A stretch of 63,729 nucleotides of DNA, counting the filler, from Platydemus manokwari (lineage: Eukaryota): assembly GCA_037951405.1 (NCBI GenBank). It is 6 parts of 6 records of this genome, joined end to end, with 100 filler letters (N's around TTAATTAATTAA, not from the genome) between each part and the next. Parts side by side here need not be neighbours in the genome. Positions count along the whole stretch, not along the records: positions 18,426 to 29,948 come from JBBMOY010628880.1; positions 30,049 to 43,865 come from JBBMOY011611408.1; 4 more parts are not named here. One strand, written 5' to 3'. A program made the position numbers and the translations under genes. Under the pieces are notes generated by a model that saw only the letters and a program-made list of their open reading frames with translations, had not been told where the DNA came from and made no database searches. Shown piece by piece: positions 25,331-39,800 of the stretch (position 1 is the stretch's first letter; every line of letters begins with the position of its first letter).

Positions 25331-28300
25331 CTGATGAAAATAAAATAATAATATTATTATTAAATTTTAAAATATTTCATTACTTAATAATAGAAATAAT
25401 AATATTATATATAATTTGCTTTTCGTATGATTTATTTCAAAAATTATGTAGCTATTTATACTATTGATAATTAAAAGTAATGTAATTTTGAACAAACAAA
25501 ATAAAAAATAAACTTAATCAAAAATTAAGCTTGAATATAACAAGGTTTTTTCATCTAGAAATATCATTCAAAAACGAGAGTCGACTTTTATTCTAACCAT
25601 TCGATTGTTTTGAATTTACCTACATACAAATAAAATGTGTTTTTTAAATATTCTACCAGTAGAATGAGATGTCTTATATTCTCGCTAATGTGGTGACAAA
25701 TTTCTTTCACATAAGAATTTGATGATTTTTTATCTGATATTTTCTTGAATGCCACTCAGTAAGAGGATTTGAAAGTTGATGTTGTAAATTTATAACAAGC
25801 CATCCTTAACATTTTTAATTTATTACATGTTTAAACCAATTGACAAACGATTTTTTAATAAAAGAAAACCGAAAGTATTGACAGTCAATCCTCATAAAAT
25901 AAAAATAACAAATCTATATTCAGAAGTGCTTCGTTGTAAAAAGATTTCACAGAAATTTACAACGTAAACAATAACATGATAGTAATCTTTATTCATATTT
26001 AAAATAAACTCAGAGATTTTAGAAATCGAAATAAAATTTTTTTAAAAATAAATCGTTAATTATTAAATTAGAAAGTGAAAACCATCGTAAAAAAACAATA
26101 TATTTTACAAATACTTTTCAATCATATTAAAAATTAAGAATCAAATATTTAATTTTTAAAGTGACTATCAATTATTTTTAAAGTAACCTTTTAAATGACA
26201 ATTACTGAAATTACCGTTACTATAGATGTTTGTATAATTAGAACTCCACTTCAAATAAATAATGACGATAACACAGTTAAGAATTGAAAAATAGAAAGTT
26301 TCGATATCAATATGTAGAAATGTTAAAACATTTATTAAATGGGCGAACCCATATATATAATATAAGCTGTCAAGTTTGAAATAAATAAAATCATTACATT
26401 TCTTTCAAAATCCATCGTAAAATCAAAGTATTTACATTCCATAACCCCATCATACGGAAAATAATTGTTATCAGCAAAGAATATAAAAGATATTAAATGA
26501 TCTATTGACACAACGAAATTCCATTACATTTTAATTGCAAATTCAACAATCATAAATAAATGTAGACATATGGAAGGTTCAACCGAATTTTAATCATTTC
26601 TATTGATAATATCAATGGATTTTTTTGTCATTATTTAAAACAAAAAAATTCAATAAATATTTATTTTTAATAAGGAAAGGTAATGTAATGAGCTAAGTCA
26701 CGGAACATATTATCCAACAAAAACCTATTACCAATTCAAAAAAGTGTTAGTTATCAAATATGGGCACCATAGTAACAGATTCTATACAAAATAAAAATTC
26801 TAAATAAATCTCTATTTTCACAATATCATTTTAAACAAATATATATATATGTTCAAAAATCAAATCGAAATAATTTTTAAATATCAAAAATTGAATTTTG
26901 CAATCAATATAAAACAAAAATAATATCTAAAAAAATATCAATTGGAATTAACAAAACGATCTGACTTTATAAAATATCCAAAGAGAAAATGATTAATGAA
27001 ATTATTGCTCATTTGTATATTTGTCAAGTAATCAAATTATAGCTCCAAGAAAATCGTCATAAAATGACATACACAGCCAAGATAAATAAATAGGTGTTAA
27101 CAAACAACTAGTCAAATCGCCTAATTATTATTAATTATTATTAACAATCCGATCAGTAAATGAAATAAATTTTCTTTCAATGAATAATGGGGATAGCATT
27201 GAAACGATAGCATTATAAATAGTTTATTAATTATATATATTTATCCGCTTAAAAACCATTTTACAGAAATGCCTTGTCAAAAATACGGGTCATATTAAAT
27301 ATAAATGTATGAGAAGAAGATTTGAAGACTTGTTTGCCATAAATAGGTGATAAGTATAAAATACATTTCACGTGTTTCCGTTATTGAGCTTATTTCATGA
27401 AAGATTATATAACAAATGAAACCGAATACAAAGCAAATAATCGATGGCAGAACAGTTCCATTGAGATAATAGACGGAAAGCTAGCGATTTTTAACACTAT
27501 ACGAGTGAATCGTTCTTTTCTTTTGATTGACCTACCGATCTGAGTAAATAAAATTTAAAGTTTTATAATTACAAAAATAAATATAAAATATAAAGATGAA
27601 ATCAAGTGGGAAAATTGTCTAATTAATAAATAATTAATTTGAAAAAATACAAGGATGTACGTTGGAAACTTTTACAGTTTTACGCGCACAGAAACCGATT
27701 ACAAAACATAAAAATTTCAGATAATAAATCCGGACTTGTTTTAATCGATATTCTTATAAGAATCATGATTCTTGTATTTTAAAATCGAAGCTTTAACGAC
27801 TATTTGGTTTTTCATTTTTATCAAAGTCTAGCACTCTGTGAATTTCGATGTAGTTTCATGTTTTATGAAATTATATAAACACAAAATTCAATACAACTTA
27901 TAATAAAATATTCAATTTTTATCCCTATAAAAAATAACAAAAACAGCTCCATTTTTCACAATGAATTACTGATGCCGCGAATATTAGTGTTTAAAAACTA
28001 AAGAGTTAATTATTTGTCTTTTAATCACTAGAGTGGTGCCCGATGTGCACTGTAACTAATTACAAATATATCGACAATTTTAGACATTTACCGACTCTGA
28101 TAGAAACTGGACACACATAACACATAGATTTGATATTTCAAATGACCGATAATCGGGTTTGACACACATTTATTGATTTTTCTTCTTAATAATATTTACT
28201 TTATATATCTTGTCTATATTTGTTGATTGCAGATTTATATTTATTAACAAAATATTTTTTTCAGACTATAAAGGAAATTGTAATCAAACAAAAAAGATAA

Positions 28301-29195
28301 CCGAATTGAAATAAATTGTAATTAAAATTATTATTAAGCAATAAATTGTATTGGGGTCGAAATAAATAAATGTGAATAAGATTAATAATAATATTCAATA
28401 TTATGAAAATAATCATACAACATTATTATCTGTTAGAATAAATTTCATTAGAATATTTTGAAATTATTATTTCATAATATTTCCACATATTCATATATTC
28501 AATCTTTATCATGAAAATTCCTACATGAAAAATAAATAAATAAAATAAATGTGATTTCATTGAATATTATTTTTGATGCAAACCATATTGTTTTGATGAT
28601 AACGAATCTTATATTTCAGTCATATAAATCAATGTGAAGTCTCGTCATCATTCAAATCACAAGTTAATTTTTCTCACACCAAAGGCTTATATAATATTTA
28701 TGATACCGATTTGAATATATTTTTATCATGTCGAGTAATTTTCAAAGAAATATAATACTGACCAATTATTTAATGAGTATGAACCATCTATAAAAACATT
28801 GTGAAAATGTATTTTTACCCAACAAACTCCATTATATGGAATGAGAAACAATAAAATGCGTTATTCATTATTATTATCATTATTTTCTTTATCTGTAATT
28901 TTAAAAATAAATAACAGCTTCAAAAGTATTTATTTATAATTAATAATAATACAAAACTTGTAAATTATTATGATCTTTTCATAAAACAAGAAAAAGCGAA
29001 TTACCAGATATTAAACCTTTTTGGAAATTAAAATAGTTTCTGTTAAAGATATAATCAATCAATTAATAACATAACGAAATTAGCCAATATAATAAAGAAA
29101 ATCGAATAATATCCCTTGCTAATACACAACAAATTGTAATTTTCATTTATTCAAATCTATTTCAGGATCGGGTTCTGGGTGATTTTAGTTTAAAT

Positions 29196-29598
29196 AAGTG
29201 ATTCCCAATCTTTACGGGCGTACCGCCTCCTTTTCAGAATAAATATTACTTAGCATCCCCCAACTAACCCACACCACTTTTTTTAAACTTTTAGTAGAAA
29301 TTTATAAAAAAACTTAATTTTACTATCTTTTTCATTAAATATATTAAAAAGATATATAAATTAGGTAGAGACAATCCATTTTGAAAGTAAGAACATATTT
29401 ATTGCATTTAGAATAGATTTTAATACAAAAACTCGAAATTACGTTGTTTAAAGACAAATTAAGCATTTTGAGCAAACGAGATATATCAAAATTTTTAATA
29501 GTCATTTTCTTACATTCTTATATCATTATCCCCCTAAATGAGCTTGTATTCACCACCGATCCTGCGGATCCTTGCAGCGCCCACTTTAGAAATCCATG
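29196..29598. mobile_element. ~400-bp hAT (Buster-type) MITE, copy 1
   Basis: Homologous end to end with 48965-49388. Ends aagtgattcccaa / ccactttagaaatccatg. Perfect 8-bp TSD GTTTAAAT (29188-29195, 29599-29606). Confidence 0.88.
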
Positions 29599-29779
29599 GT
29601 TTAAATAATAATTAATTTCAAATCTAATTTCATAAAATTTACAAAATTCATTTCTATTAAAAAAAATTAAATTAACGATTTAATCTGTTTGAATATTCTG
29701 ATCCAATATATTTTCTTAAATAATTTTCGATTCGTATTTCACACCCACACTCACCCACCTACCCACCCACACACACATC

Positions 29780-29948
29780 TATATATAAAGGTAGAAAAAA
29801 TATATTTTTATATATAGATACATATCTGGAGAATCCAATATGATATAATCACGAATACACAGAAAATCAAAGATTTTAAAGGAGGAAGTCAGCGGATTTT
29901 AAAATGAATTAAAATTAAAAAGATTTATATTCAGAATTTAAATAGAAC
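29780..29948 (+). mobile_element. TRIM-like family, partial copy (3' core + PPT + start of 3' LTR), cut by the gap
   Basis: gaatacacagaaaatcaaagattttaaaggaggaag matches the core end of copy C. The next ~60 bp match the LTR start at 3784. Confidence 0.65.
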
Positions 29949-30048
29949 NNNNNNNNNNNNNNNNNNNNNNNNNNNNNNNNNNNNNNNNNNNNTTAATTAA
30001 TTAANNNNNNNNNNNNNNNNNNNNNNNNNNNNNNNNNNNNNNNNNNNN
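29949..30048. other. Artificial assembly spacer
   Basis: 44N + TTAATTAATTAA + 44N. Confidence 0.97.
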
Positions 30049-30788
30049 TTGATCAACTAACCATTTACTCTACTTATAGAAATTATCGAAGTTTTAAATT
30101 AATTATGTTGTTAATTTCGACTAAATTTTTAATTATGAATTTCAAATGAAACTAAACTATTATAAGATGACTAATTTTTGTTAGTAATTGCTCTTAACAT
30201 CTAATTTCTATTAATGTAACAATTTACTGAAATACCTTTGTTTTACTTAATTGAATAATGATAATACATAATCGCGCGCAAAAATTGTAATGAAGTCATT
30301 TTAAAATTGAAAATGATTTATAAGTGTAAATTTTTGAAAAAACATCGTTCTGAACATTTATAATATCAGTTTATATATAAAATATTGAAAACACTGAAAT
30401 AATCTCCAAATTTTTACGATAAATTTTATTAGGATTTGCCAGAAAAAAAATTTCTTTTTCAAAGGTTAGATTATAAAAACAGTGTAAAAATCGATAATGA
30501 TACTTAATTGATTTCGTGTGTCATTCCAATACTGTGGAAATAAAAACTCATTAAAAATACTTCTTATTATCAAAATCAACTAATAAAATGCATTAGATTA
30601 GGAAAAATACTTTTGCGCTTCCCTGACTTATTTAATATTTTGAAATTAATCTCCGGAATTTGATGTCTCCTTGGTGGATTTTTCATTAATTTTCAACGAT
30701 TTCTTTGCAAGTATCTTTAAATTTATAAAGAAAGTTTAGAAAATCATTTTATTAATAAGCTTTTAATAAGTATATTTACTTGGAAAAT

Positions 30789-31330
30789 TATATTTAATAA
30801 TCATAGAACAATAATATTATAATGTTAAGTATTATTAATTGTATATATAATGCATATATAATTATATTAAAATATATAATTTGGTGTCGTGACTTTTCAG
30901 TTCGTTTTCAATCCATGTCTTATAAAAATTTATCAGCTTACATAGGGACCAACTCATTCGGAATCAATTCTGAGAAGAGCAATGACTGAACATTTTGGGG
31001 GAAAAGGAGGAAGATATTCAGAAAACATTAAAGAAGATGTAGAGAATATATAATAAATATATAAAGAAGGTGTAGAGAAGATATAAAAAAGATAGAAGAA
31101 TTAGAGATTTTTATGTAGATAAAAATGTAGAGTATTCGATACAATGTCAATTAAGAATACAAAGAAAATCAAAGATTTTAAAGACAAGGAACATGAGAAT
31201 TTTTAAAGATTAGATACAGATTCCATATATTTATTTTATTCATTTGTTTCGATAATTCTATTTAAACACATAATTTAGTATGATGACTTTTTAATTCATA
31301 TTTAATACATATCTTATAAAATAGCTTACA
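30789..31330 (+). mobile_element. Full-length TRIM-like element (copy C)
   Basis: 5' LTR ends ...cagcttACA at 30942, followed by PBS-like tagggaccaa, purine-rich core to 31191, PPT aaagacaaggaa, and 3' LTR 31192-31330 ending atagcttACA. Possible TSD aaaat/aaaat; the 5' boundary is less certain. Confidence 0.72.
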
Positions 31331-34300
31331 AAAATTAGAAACTACCAGAGTTAATCAAAGCTTTAAATTTTCTTTGATTTTCCAAAGCAGTGCATATAAA
31401 GAATTAATTCAGATATTAAAATTTATTGTCATGTATTATTTCCAAGAGTAGCTATCAAAAAATCAATAACGGAGTTCATTGGAAAACTTTAAATTATTCG
31501 AAAAACATATATAATAAAATTATCAATTCTATCTCATTAAAATTTAAGTAGTTATCCATGACAACGCACTGCTAATCTTTTTACAATAAATAAATATATT
31601 TTTAGCTTGTTTTCTAACTAAATTCAATAACAAAATTTTATGATAAGTACGTTGAAGCATGTAACCACACAAATATTATGGAAAAGTGTCAATTATAGTA
31701 CTATTTATTGTCTGGTAAAAGTACAACATTTTCTACTGGTTGTTCTTTATAGATATTTGTTTGATTGTTTCATCTTGCCTTCTCCAAACATATCATTCAC
31801 CAAACGTTATTATTTGAAGTAAATTTAACACTATTCATAAACGAGAGTAGATTATTGTCAAGTTTTTAATTTCTGCCATACATTGAAAACCCAGAGAAAG
31901 AGACTTTACCAATTTCAAAAATACTACTCGTTTCAATTCTGAGTAATACATTTAATTTGATTTTTGTATGTGATTCTGTCTTATATTCAATGAAATAAAC
32001 AAAGACAACATGAATAATTTCGCCTTCATATCATTTTAATTGAAAATCCGTGTACTATTAAAAGTGCATTACAAATTATATATTTATCTTCAAATTGTCT
32101 CATTTAATATCAAAATTCGTTTCATATTGCGACGATTTATTCTTTCATAACTTTTATCTCACAAATTTCGTTGGCTGAATTGGCAGGAAAAAATATTACA
32201 TGATTTACAAAACCGAGATAAATTGAGATTCCGAGCTATTATTTTATTAATTATGACTGGCGACGAAAACTAATTCTATTTTTAGGTGAGTTTAAAATGT
32301 CTCGTTACTGATGCTTATACTTTGTTCATTTTATTAATTTGTAATAAATTTTAATTGGGCACCTTTAGTAAATCCGGTTAATGTCAATTTTTTCCGTGAA
32401 ACCCGGTTGAGGTGTTATGAACCGAGTTCTATATATAAAATTTTATAAGAGATTTAATTTTTAAATTATTTATTTGTATTTTTCCCCATTAATGAAGCCT
32501 ACATTAATCATTTATTTATCATTCGAAATTGTACCATAGTTGGAATTTGTGAGTCCTATTGATTTGTTATTGATGTGATTTATAGGTACTAAAAGTAAAT
32601 CTTTTTCAGTATAAGTAATACTTCGATATTCAGTTACAAGTATGCCTATAATGAACCAAAATCTAATACCAAGGTGTGCCAACCGTGATATGGCAAGTGG
32701 TAGTTAATGCAAGCCAAATAGCTGTGGGTTCGAAAATAAGGTCATATTTGATACTGAGGAGTAGAAGGATTTTAAAACCAGTCCGTGTATGTACTACTTG
32801 TTGGAATTCCAAGTGGGACAGCCACCAAAGTCCAAGAGTTACAAGGAGATTTAGAAACTCAATCAAAATCAGTAGAGAAAGCCACTTAGCATAATCAAAA
32901 AAACAAATTACACATTCTCAATCATCTCAATTAATAAAGACAAATCATTTCCAATTTCTGAAGATGGTAATCAACCACAAAACAATGTTTTGATATACTC
33001 AATTTAATATTATTGAATGAAAAATCATTTTGCATATCTTATCAGCGAACAGTGTTATCAAAAGTCTTCACATGTATGTTGAAGAATTATTAATAATAAA
33101 TAAAACTTGACTCCAATTCAAGGGTAAATATATTTCTCGATGTACTGATCAATACACGAATTACAAAATCTCAACCCAAATTTGGCTTTCAACTGGCACA
33201 TACAAGATATCAATTAAAAACTTCGCATTCAACTGGCAATTTGTATAATGACGTCACACACAATATTAAATGGAATCATTTAAACAAATTATTATTTTGG
33301 AACATTCTATTAATTTCTGTCTTTTGATTTACCTAAATTACTAACGATTTTTTTTTAATAATTTTTCATAGAATATTTATTCAAAAATTTTAATTATTTT
33401 TAAAAAACTTATTTTGTACACCAATCGAAAATCGCTACATTTTTCTATCGAGATTGTTAAATAATAGAAGTAGTGGAATGAGAACCTCGTAGTCTTTTGG
33501 ACTGAGAATCTTAATCACAGTTTTGAAATCAAGCTTGATAAAAATGATTCCCTTTTTGGCATCAAAATAAAAAATAAAATGACAAATCATTTTTCATTGT
33601 GCAGAAAAAATTGATTGTAAAAATAAAAAGCAAATCATATTAAGGAATATTAAGAGCAAAAATCCTCAAGAATATCCAATTAATTGAACAACCATCTGAG
33701 ATCCTTTACGTTAATTTTAACTGTCGATTGAAATCCACACACATATTCAAGAAAGAACTAATCAAAAACGAGTTGAATTGTAAAATTTATTTGAGTTATT
33801 GTTAACTCCAAAGAACAGACATAAATGAAACAAATCAATATCTAATTATTAATCATTAGGATTATTAAAAGCAACAAGGATTCAACATGAAAAGCTACAG
33901 CAGAGAAATACTGGATATTTATCGATCACCGAATTATAACGTTATAAATTAAGTATATCGATTTCTTTCGAAAAAAACGTCGAGGACACAAGAAACACAC
34001 AATCTTTACTCTTGAGTTGAAACATGCTATTAATTGATTTTTTTAAATCTCTTTTTCAAATGGGCGTTTGTAGATTGAAGAAACATGATTGGCTCAAATG
34101 AAGTGGTTCTGGATTTCAATCCAATATAAAGAAATACATTAAAATTTGAGATACAAGTGCTGGCTTATTAAAGCAAATAGGAGAAAAAAATTAAAATATG
34201 CCATAATTTAAAATCACTACACTATTAAAGAATAAATCGGTTGAAAAAACATTTATTATTAAAATTGTAATCTTGGGTTTTGTTAAAATGTGTCCAACAA

Positions 34301-35699
34301 TTATAATTAGAGACCGAACCATTCAAAAATCATTAAGGATTATATTTAATTTAGTGATTAATTAATTCTTTTCGTTTTTACTTATTAAAAATTTCATTTT
34401 ATATTACTTAATATTTGTCAGAATAATTTTACAAATTTTATTTCTTTTTCGAATAAAGAATATAATGGATATCTGCGAAAAATGATCCATTTCCAGGATT
34501 ATAATAAAATTTATCAATTATCGCAATTATTTCTACGAGAAACTAAGAACAATTTAATCGCATTTCACTTGTTATTTATTTACAGCAAACTTGATTAATG
34601 GCATGTAATCAAAACTTGTTTTAGTGAGTCATTTAAGGGGGAAAATGAATTTTAAAATGATATTGATGAATTTATAAAATGATTTTTAAAGATTTAATAA
34701 TTCGATTTGATATATTAATTCGGCAAAAGTTAAAAAAATATGGTCCTAAAATAAAATTTTAAAATTGTAGAATGTATTGCAAAAATCTATATGGATGATT
34801 TAATTAAATTCTTTAATAAAATTTTAAATTTTTTATTTAAGTACTTGAGTAAAATTTTAGTTGTTTAGAATCAAATAATACATGCACATGATTTTTGAAA
34901 TCTCCTAAAAATTAATTATTCGAAACACGGGTCAAAGTAGGTCAGAATGCAATTTATTGAAAATTAGCGAGGACCTCTTCTTTTAACATCAAAAGTAATC
35001 AGAATGATATCTAAGATTTTTAGAGTTATTTTATAAAAAAAGTGTCTTCGAAATTATTGAGAAGTTCCAGGAACAAGGTACTTGTGTTTTATCTCAAAAT
35101 AAGTATTTTAATATCTGTTTAATAGATTGGATACATAGATCTCAAAACTGTCGATGTTGTACTGAAATGAAGATTTGATCCAAATCAAATAAATCGTACA
35201 GGTGAAAATGCCACAAATATATAAGTTTCGGAATTCAAATAGGGAGTTGGTTCAACAATTCGGTCTTGTCCCTTTTCGACATTTTGAACAAAGTATTTTC
35301 ATTGCACAGGACTCACACAAAAAATTATATTTACAAAATGATATTCATTAGTAAACTAACAATCAATAAATATTGACAATTTTTATTAAAATAAAACTAA
35401 CAATTTAAAACTATTTGTTGAGATACAACGAAATTTGTAGATTCCTCGCCAATTAAGAAATATCTTGGTATAGAAATATCATTGAAGGTCTAAATATCCT
35501 CGTAGAAATTGTCCAGGGATGTTTTGAAAGTGCCGAATATAGTAGCATGCATCGAATATATGGTTTTTGATTGTTTGAGTTAATTTTTTTATTCTAAAAT
35601 TGAATTTTATGTAAAAATTTCAGTAAAATATCATATAACTCACGAAAAGTCATTACTTTAAAATGGAGTCAATGGACCCTTTTTCTTAACTTAAGCCAT

Positions 35700-35795
35700 A
35701 TTATGGTTTAAATTAATGTAATTAAATATAATTTTTATGACGTAACTTTTCAGTTCGTTTCAAATGCGTGGTTTATAAAATAGTAGAGGATTACA
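35700..35795 (+). mobile_element. 3' fragment of the TRIM-family LTR
   Basis: gacgtaacttttcagttcgtttcaaatgcgtggtttataaaatagtagaggattACA matches the family LTR end. Confidence 0.65.
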
Positions 35796-35949
35796 AACAA
35801 TATGTTTGTGCTTAATGAAATATATATCATACAATTCCAAAATTTAATATTCATAATATAAAAGTACATTTTAAAAACTTAAATTCGTGATTAAAAATTT
35901 TATTTTACTGATGTTTATTCCAAATACTTCAATCTAATAGCAGAGAAAA

Positions 35950-36850
35950 TTATTTATAATTTTAAATTATTTACAATTTGTTACAAACCATGAAAGTCAA
36001 TGGTTAAAAATTCCTTAGAGGAAGATGTTGATTAGAAGCCAATGTCCAATGTCAACAGATACCGAAGGTCAAGAAATAATCCCATTTATGTACAGAAAAG
36101 TGCCTAACATTTGGAATCCGGAAAAGAGTGAATTATGTAATATGTTTTATTGGATAATGATTCACCTCATAAATTCACTTGAATTATTTTGATGATGAAG
36201 AACCAATGATTAACAAATTCAGTTTATTGAGTCTTGTTTATTTTTTTATCTCGCGAATTTATTATTTGATAAGAAACTGAACTATGGGAGCGAATTGCAT
36301 CAATCTTTTATTGTAATTATCCTAAATCATAGAACAAATAGCAGCAGGTCTTATTTTAGCCAAAATAACCTCAGAAAAAATTGTTCAGTAAAAATATCTC
36401 TTGGGAATTGAAATGATCAAAATTATAATTAACTTCTTGATATTGATTGGGTCTTCAACATTAAAATTCAGTAACAATATACTAGAGACAATTGTTTAAC
36501 AAATTAAGGAAAGCTTTTATTTACCAACGTGATCATAATGTCGAACATTATTAGTAGCTTTACCAAATACAATTTCCAAGATCAAAAAATCTGGAAAAAT
36601 ATATGGAAAGTGAATATTAGAAGGATATTTAAAAAAACCATCTTCAAATTTAATTTGCAACGAATCTTATTATTTTGTTCCAATCAACTCCAACAAGAAA
36701 GAAATGAGATAATTGTAACACACGTGAAAAATACGATATTAATGTCAAAAATATATTTTGTCTTTTACCTTCTAATATTATGAAGTAATAATATTGTTGA
36801 GTTTTATGTTTCACTTTATTCTGACTCTAATCTCTAAGTCTTTCTTCTCA
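35950..36850 (+). pseudogene. Possible highly decayed piggyBac-like transposase
   Basis: Scattered fragments such as INFLILIG and LKKPSSNLICNES resemble piggyBac FI.LLILMG and Y.PS..L.IDES in the expected order. Very degraded. Confidence 0.25.
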
Positions 36851-39800
36851 TTAAGGAAAACCGAAGTATATTTTAACAAGTTAATTTCTGCTTGATAACA
36901 AATAGAATTTTATACACAAATAAATATAATTACTCAATGGTTTATCTTTATAATAAGTGAAAAGTAGGATAAGTTCGTAAAATGATCTCCTGACCTTATT
37001 TTTATTTTACTTAATATTTTACGGTTAATACTTCTAATATTACCAATGCTGTACACTACAATTATTACAATAAATACAATTTTTCATGATTTCTGCGATC
37101 ACGTGAATCCGCTGTAAATCATTACACCAAAAATCATAGTTGATAACTTGTTTTCTAGTTATCTTAAATGACAAAATTAAGTGCATTGTTTCTTTATTTA
37201 TACTTCGTTTCAATAAACAACGTGCTACTAATAATCTTCTAATAGTCTGTATTCAATATTAAATGCTGCTGAGAATTATTTAGTTAAAATATTTCTACTC
37301 GACTTGAAATATGTTTCATTTACTCCTGGATGGTTTTCTATGCGCTTTTCAACTTTAGAATTCATATTAAGTAGTTTTTATTTATTTAATTCATTTCATA
37401 TTCAACTAAAGAAGTTGTTGCTTACTTAAATAAATTTTAAGTTAAAATGACTTTTATAACTGATAGATATGTATCCGTAATTATTAAATACTTGATTATT
37501 TTTTATTACATTATATATTATGAATTACAACACTATCTATTTTCTATGATATCATTATATTAAATAGTAATATAAGTAATTGTTATTATATTGGGCTTGG
37601 GTTAAAATCGAGGTTCTTTGATCTACTTTTGTAATGATGAATTTTCGCGTATCAGATAATTTCAAAATTTAATTTTATATATAATTGCGATTTTTGGTTT
37701 ATTCGTATAATGTGGGTGATATCTCACTTTTTATTATGTCTAATAGCAGCAAAATATTGTTTTAAAACCAAGTTCCTAATCTAATCACAACACTTCTATA
37801 TGATTATTCGAGTTTTTAAAATTATTTACTTTATTTATGAATCGCGTCAGTTAATTACAGGCATGTTTAATAATACCATTGTTTATTTTTATAAAATAAT
37901 TGTAAAAATTGAGAGTATTTCTAAATTTGATTCTAATTTTCAAAAATGGGTCCTCCATAATTTTCAATAAATTGCTATTCGACATACTTTGATCCGTTTT
38001 TCAAATAATCAAATTTTAGGAAATTTTGAAGATTTAGCGGTATTTATTATTTGTTTTCAAACAACTAAAATTTTACTTAAGTACTTGAATAAAATATTCA
38101 AAATGTTTTTAAAGAATATAAATTAAACAAACTATATAGAATTTTCAATACACTCAACAAATTTAAAATTTTATTTTAGGCTCTCTATTCTGAACTTTAG
38201 CCTAAGATCAATAATTTTTACATCTTTATTTTAATTTTAATGTGTACTGTTCCAAGTCATCTTTTTATTTAATGATTAAATATGCACTGCAACTGAATTT
38301 TGTTTTTGAAATTATTAATATGGCCACTGAAAATGCATCCAGTCACAGATAAATAATAAAATATATTTTATTTAATAAACACAACATGTATTTTGAAACC
38401 GATATTATATCATTGTTATCAAAGGAGTCTAAAATCTTAAATAAGAATTGAATTTATGTCAAGGTAAATAATTACATATATATGAAAAATTTTATCAATA
38501 AATATTTTATAAAACTGAAATCAAAATTTAATGGGACCCACACAAGGCTGAAATGATTTTATTTTATTCCCACTCAACGGGTGGAAATTTGAAAAATTAT
38601 AAATTCTTGTCCCGTCCACAGCAGTTACATTAAATTGTTTGAAGGTTTTTAACAAAAACATAACTCTATACATTTTTAGATAAAGATGTATATCGGTATC
38701 TTTAATTTGTTGATTCATCTCACCTGTCATATTTAGATATTTACCAAACATCGAAACAAGGCTCATAAAATAATGACCCAAATCAAAGATATTAACATGA
38801 GAAATATCTCAACTTTGTATTGAAAAATATCTGAGGAGATTTGATTTGAAAGGTTCGAAGTAAAGCTTAATAGAAAAATAATCACCTTGTTCAAAACACA
38901 TACATACACACATATATTTATCACCACGAAGATGAGTTTTATTATTGTTACAATAACTATATTCTGTTTTTTATATTTTAGCCTGGTAATTGATGAAAAA
39001 CGAGGTGATCGCGGAACGAGAAGATTGGATTTAAAAAAAGCGCACAGTAAACATTTTCATGCCTGTGAAAATTGACTGCGACTAAGAAAAGTTGGACTAC
39101 AAAAACCAGAAATACTGACTTTGATTTTCAAAAAAATCTTTACATCTTTATAGATTTATAATTTATTAAATTTTCAGCCGAAATTTTGATATTAATTGTT
39201 TAAATAAATATTAATTTTTCAAATTTGATTTAATTTCGATGAAACAATTCTAACCGTTATTATTTTTAGAAAATATTTAAATAATTATTTATAAAATTAT
39301 TTTATAAACCCTGCACGTTCAAGACAATATCTATTGGCTATGGTCAACACTTATAATTTCCGAATTTTACTACTTCATTCAATATAATAAATACAATTTT
39401 TGATCAAACTGAATTGTAGAATTATTTGCATAAGTTTAATCGACAGTGATGTACACGCATCTCTTCCAGTTTCACTATTGAAATCAACATATCAAAGATT
39501 GAATCTTAGTGTATCTTTGGACAATAAATGCATTGATGATAAATTTCTCAAATTGAAACAACTGGTAAGCTGCATTTAAAACTTCCACAACTATGTTAAT
39601 CATCGTTCTGGTAATTACGAATTGTTAAATTGAAAAAATAATTGAAATAATACTAAAGGTTGGGTGTTAACTAAATTACAAGTTGATAACAAAAAATTTG
39701 TAAAAGATAAATAAATTTCATATTTAAATTTAATGATTGTTTTATAATTGTATTGATCGTATTGAATGATTTAAATATAATATGATGACACGAATTTCCT

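Noticed and set aside
28093-28126. Minus-strand MCYVCPVSIRV|gtaaat as the upstream exon of the 25330 exon
   Set aside because: The phase fits, but there is an in-frame stop just upstream, no acceptor and no signal peptide.
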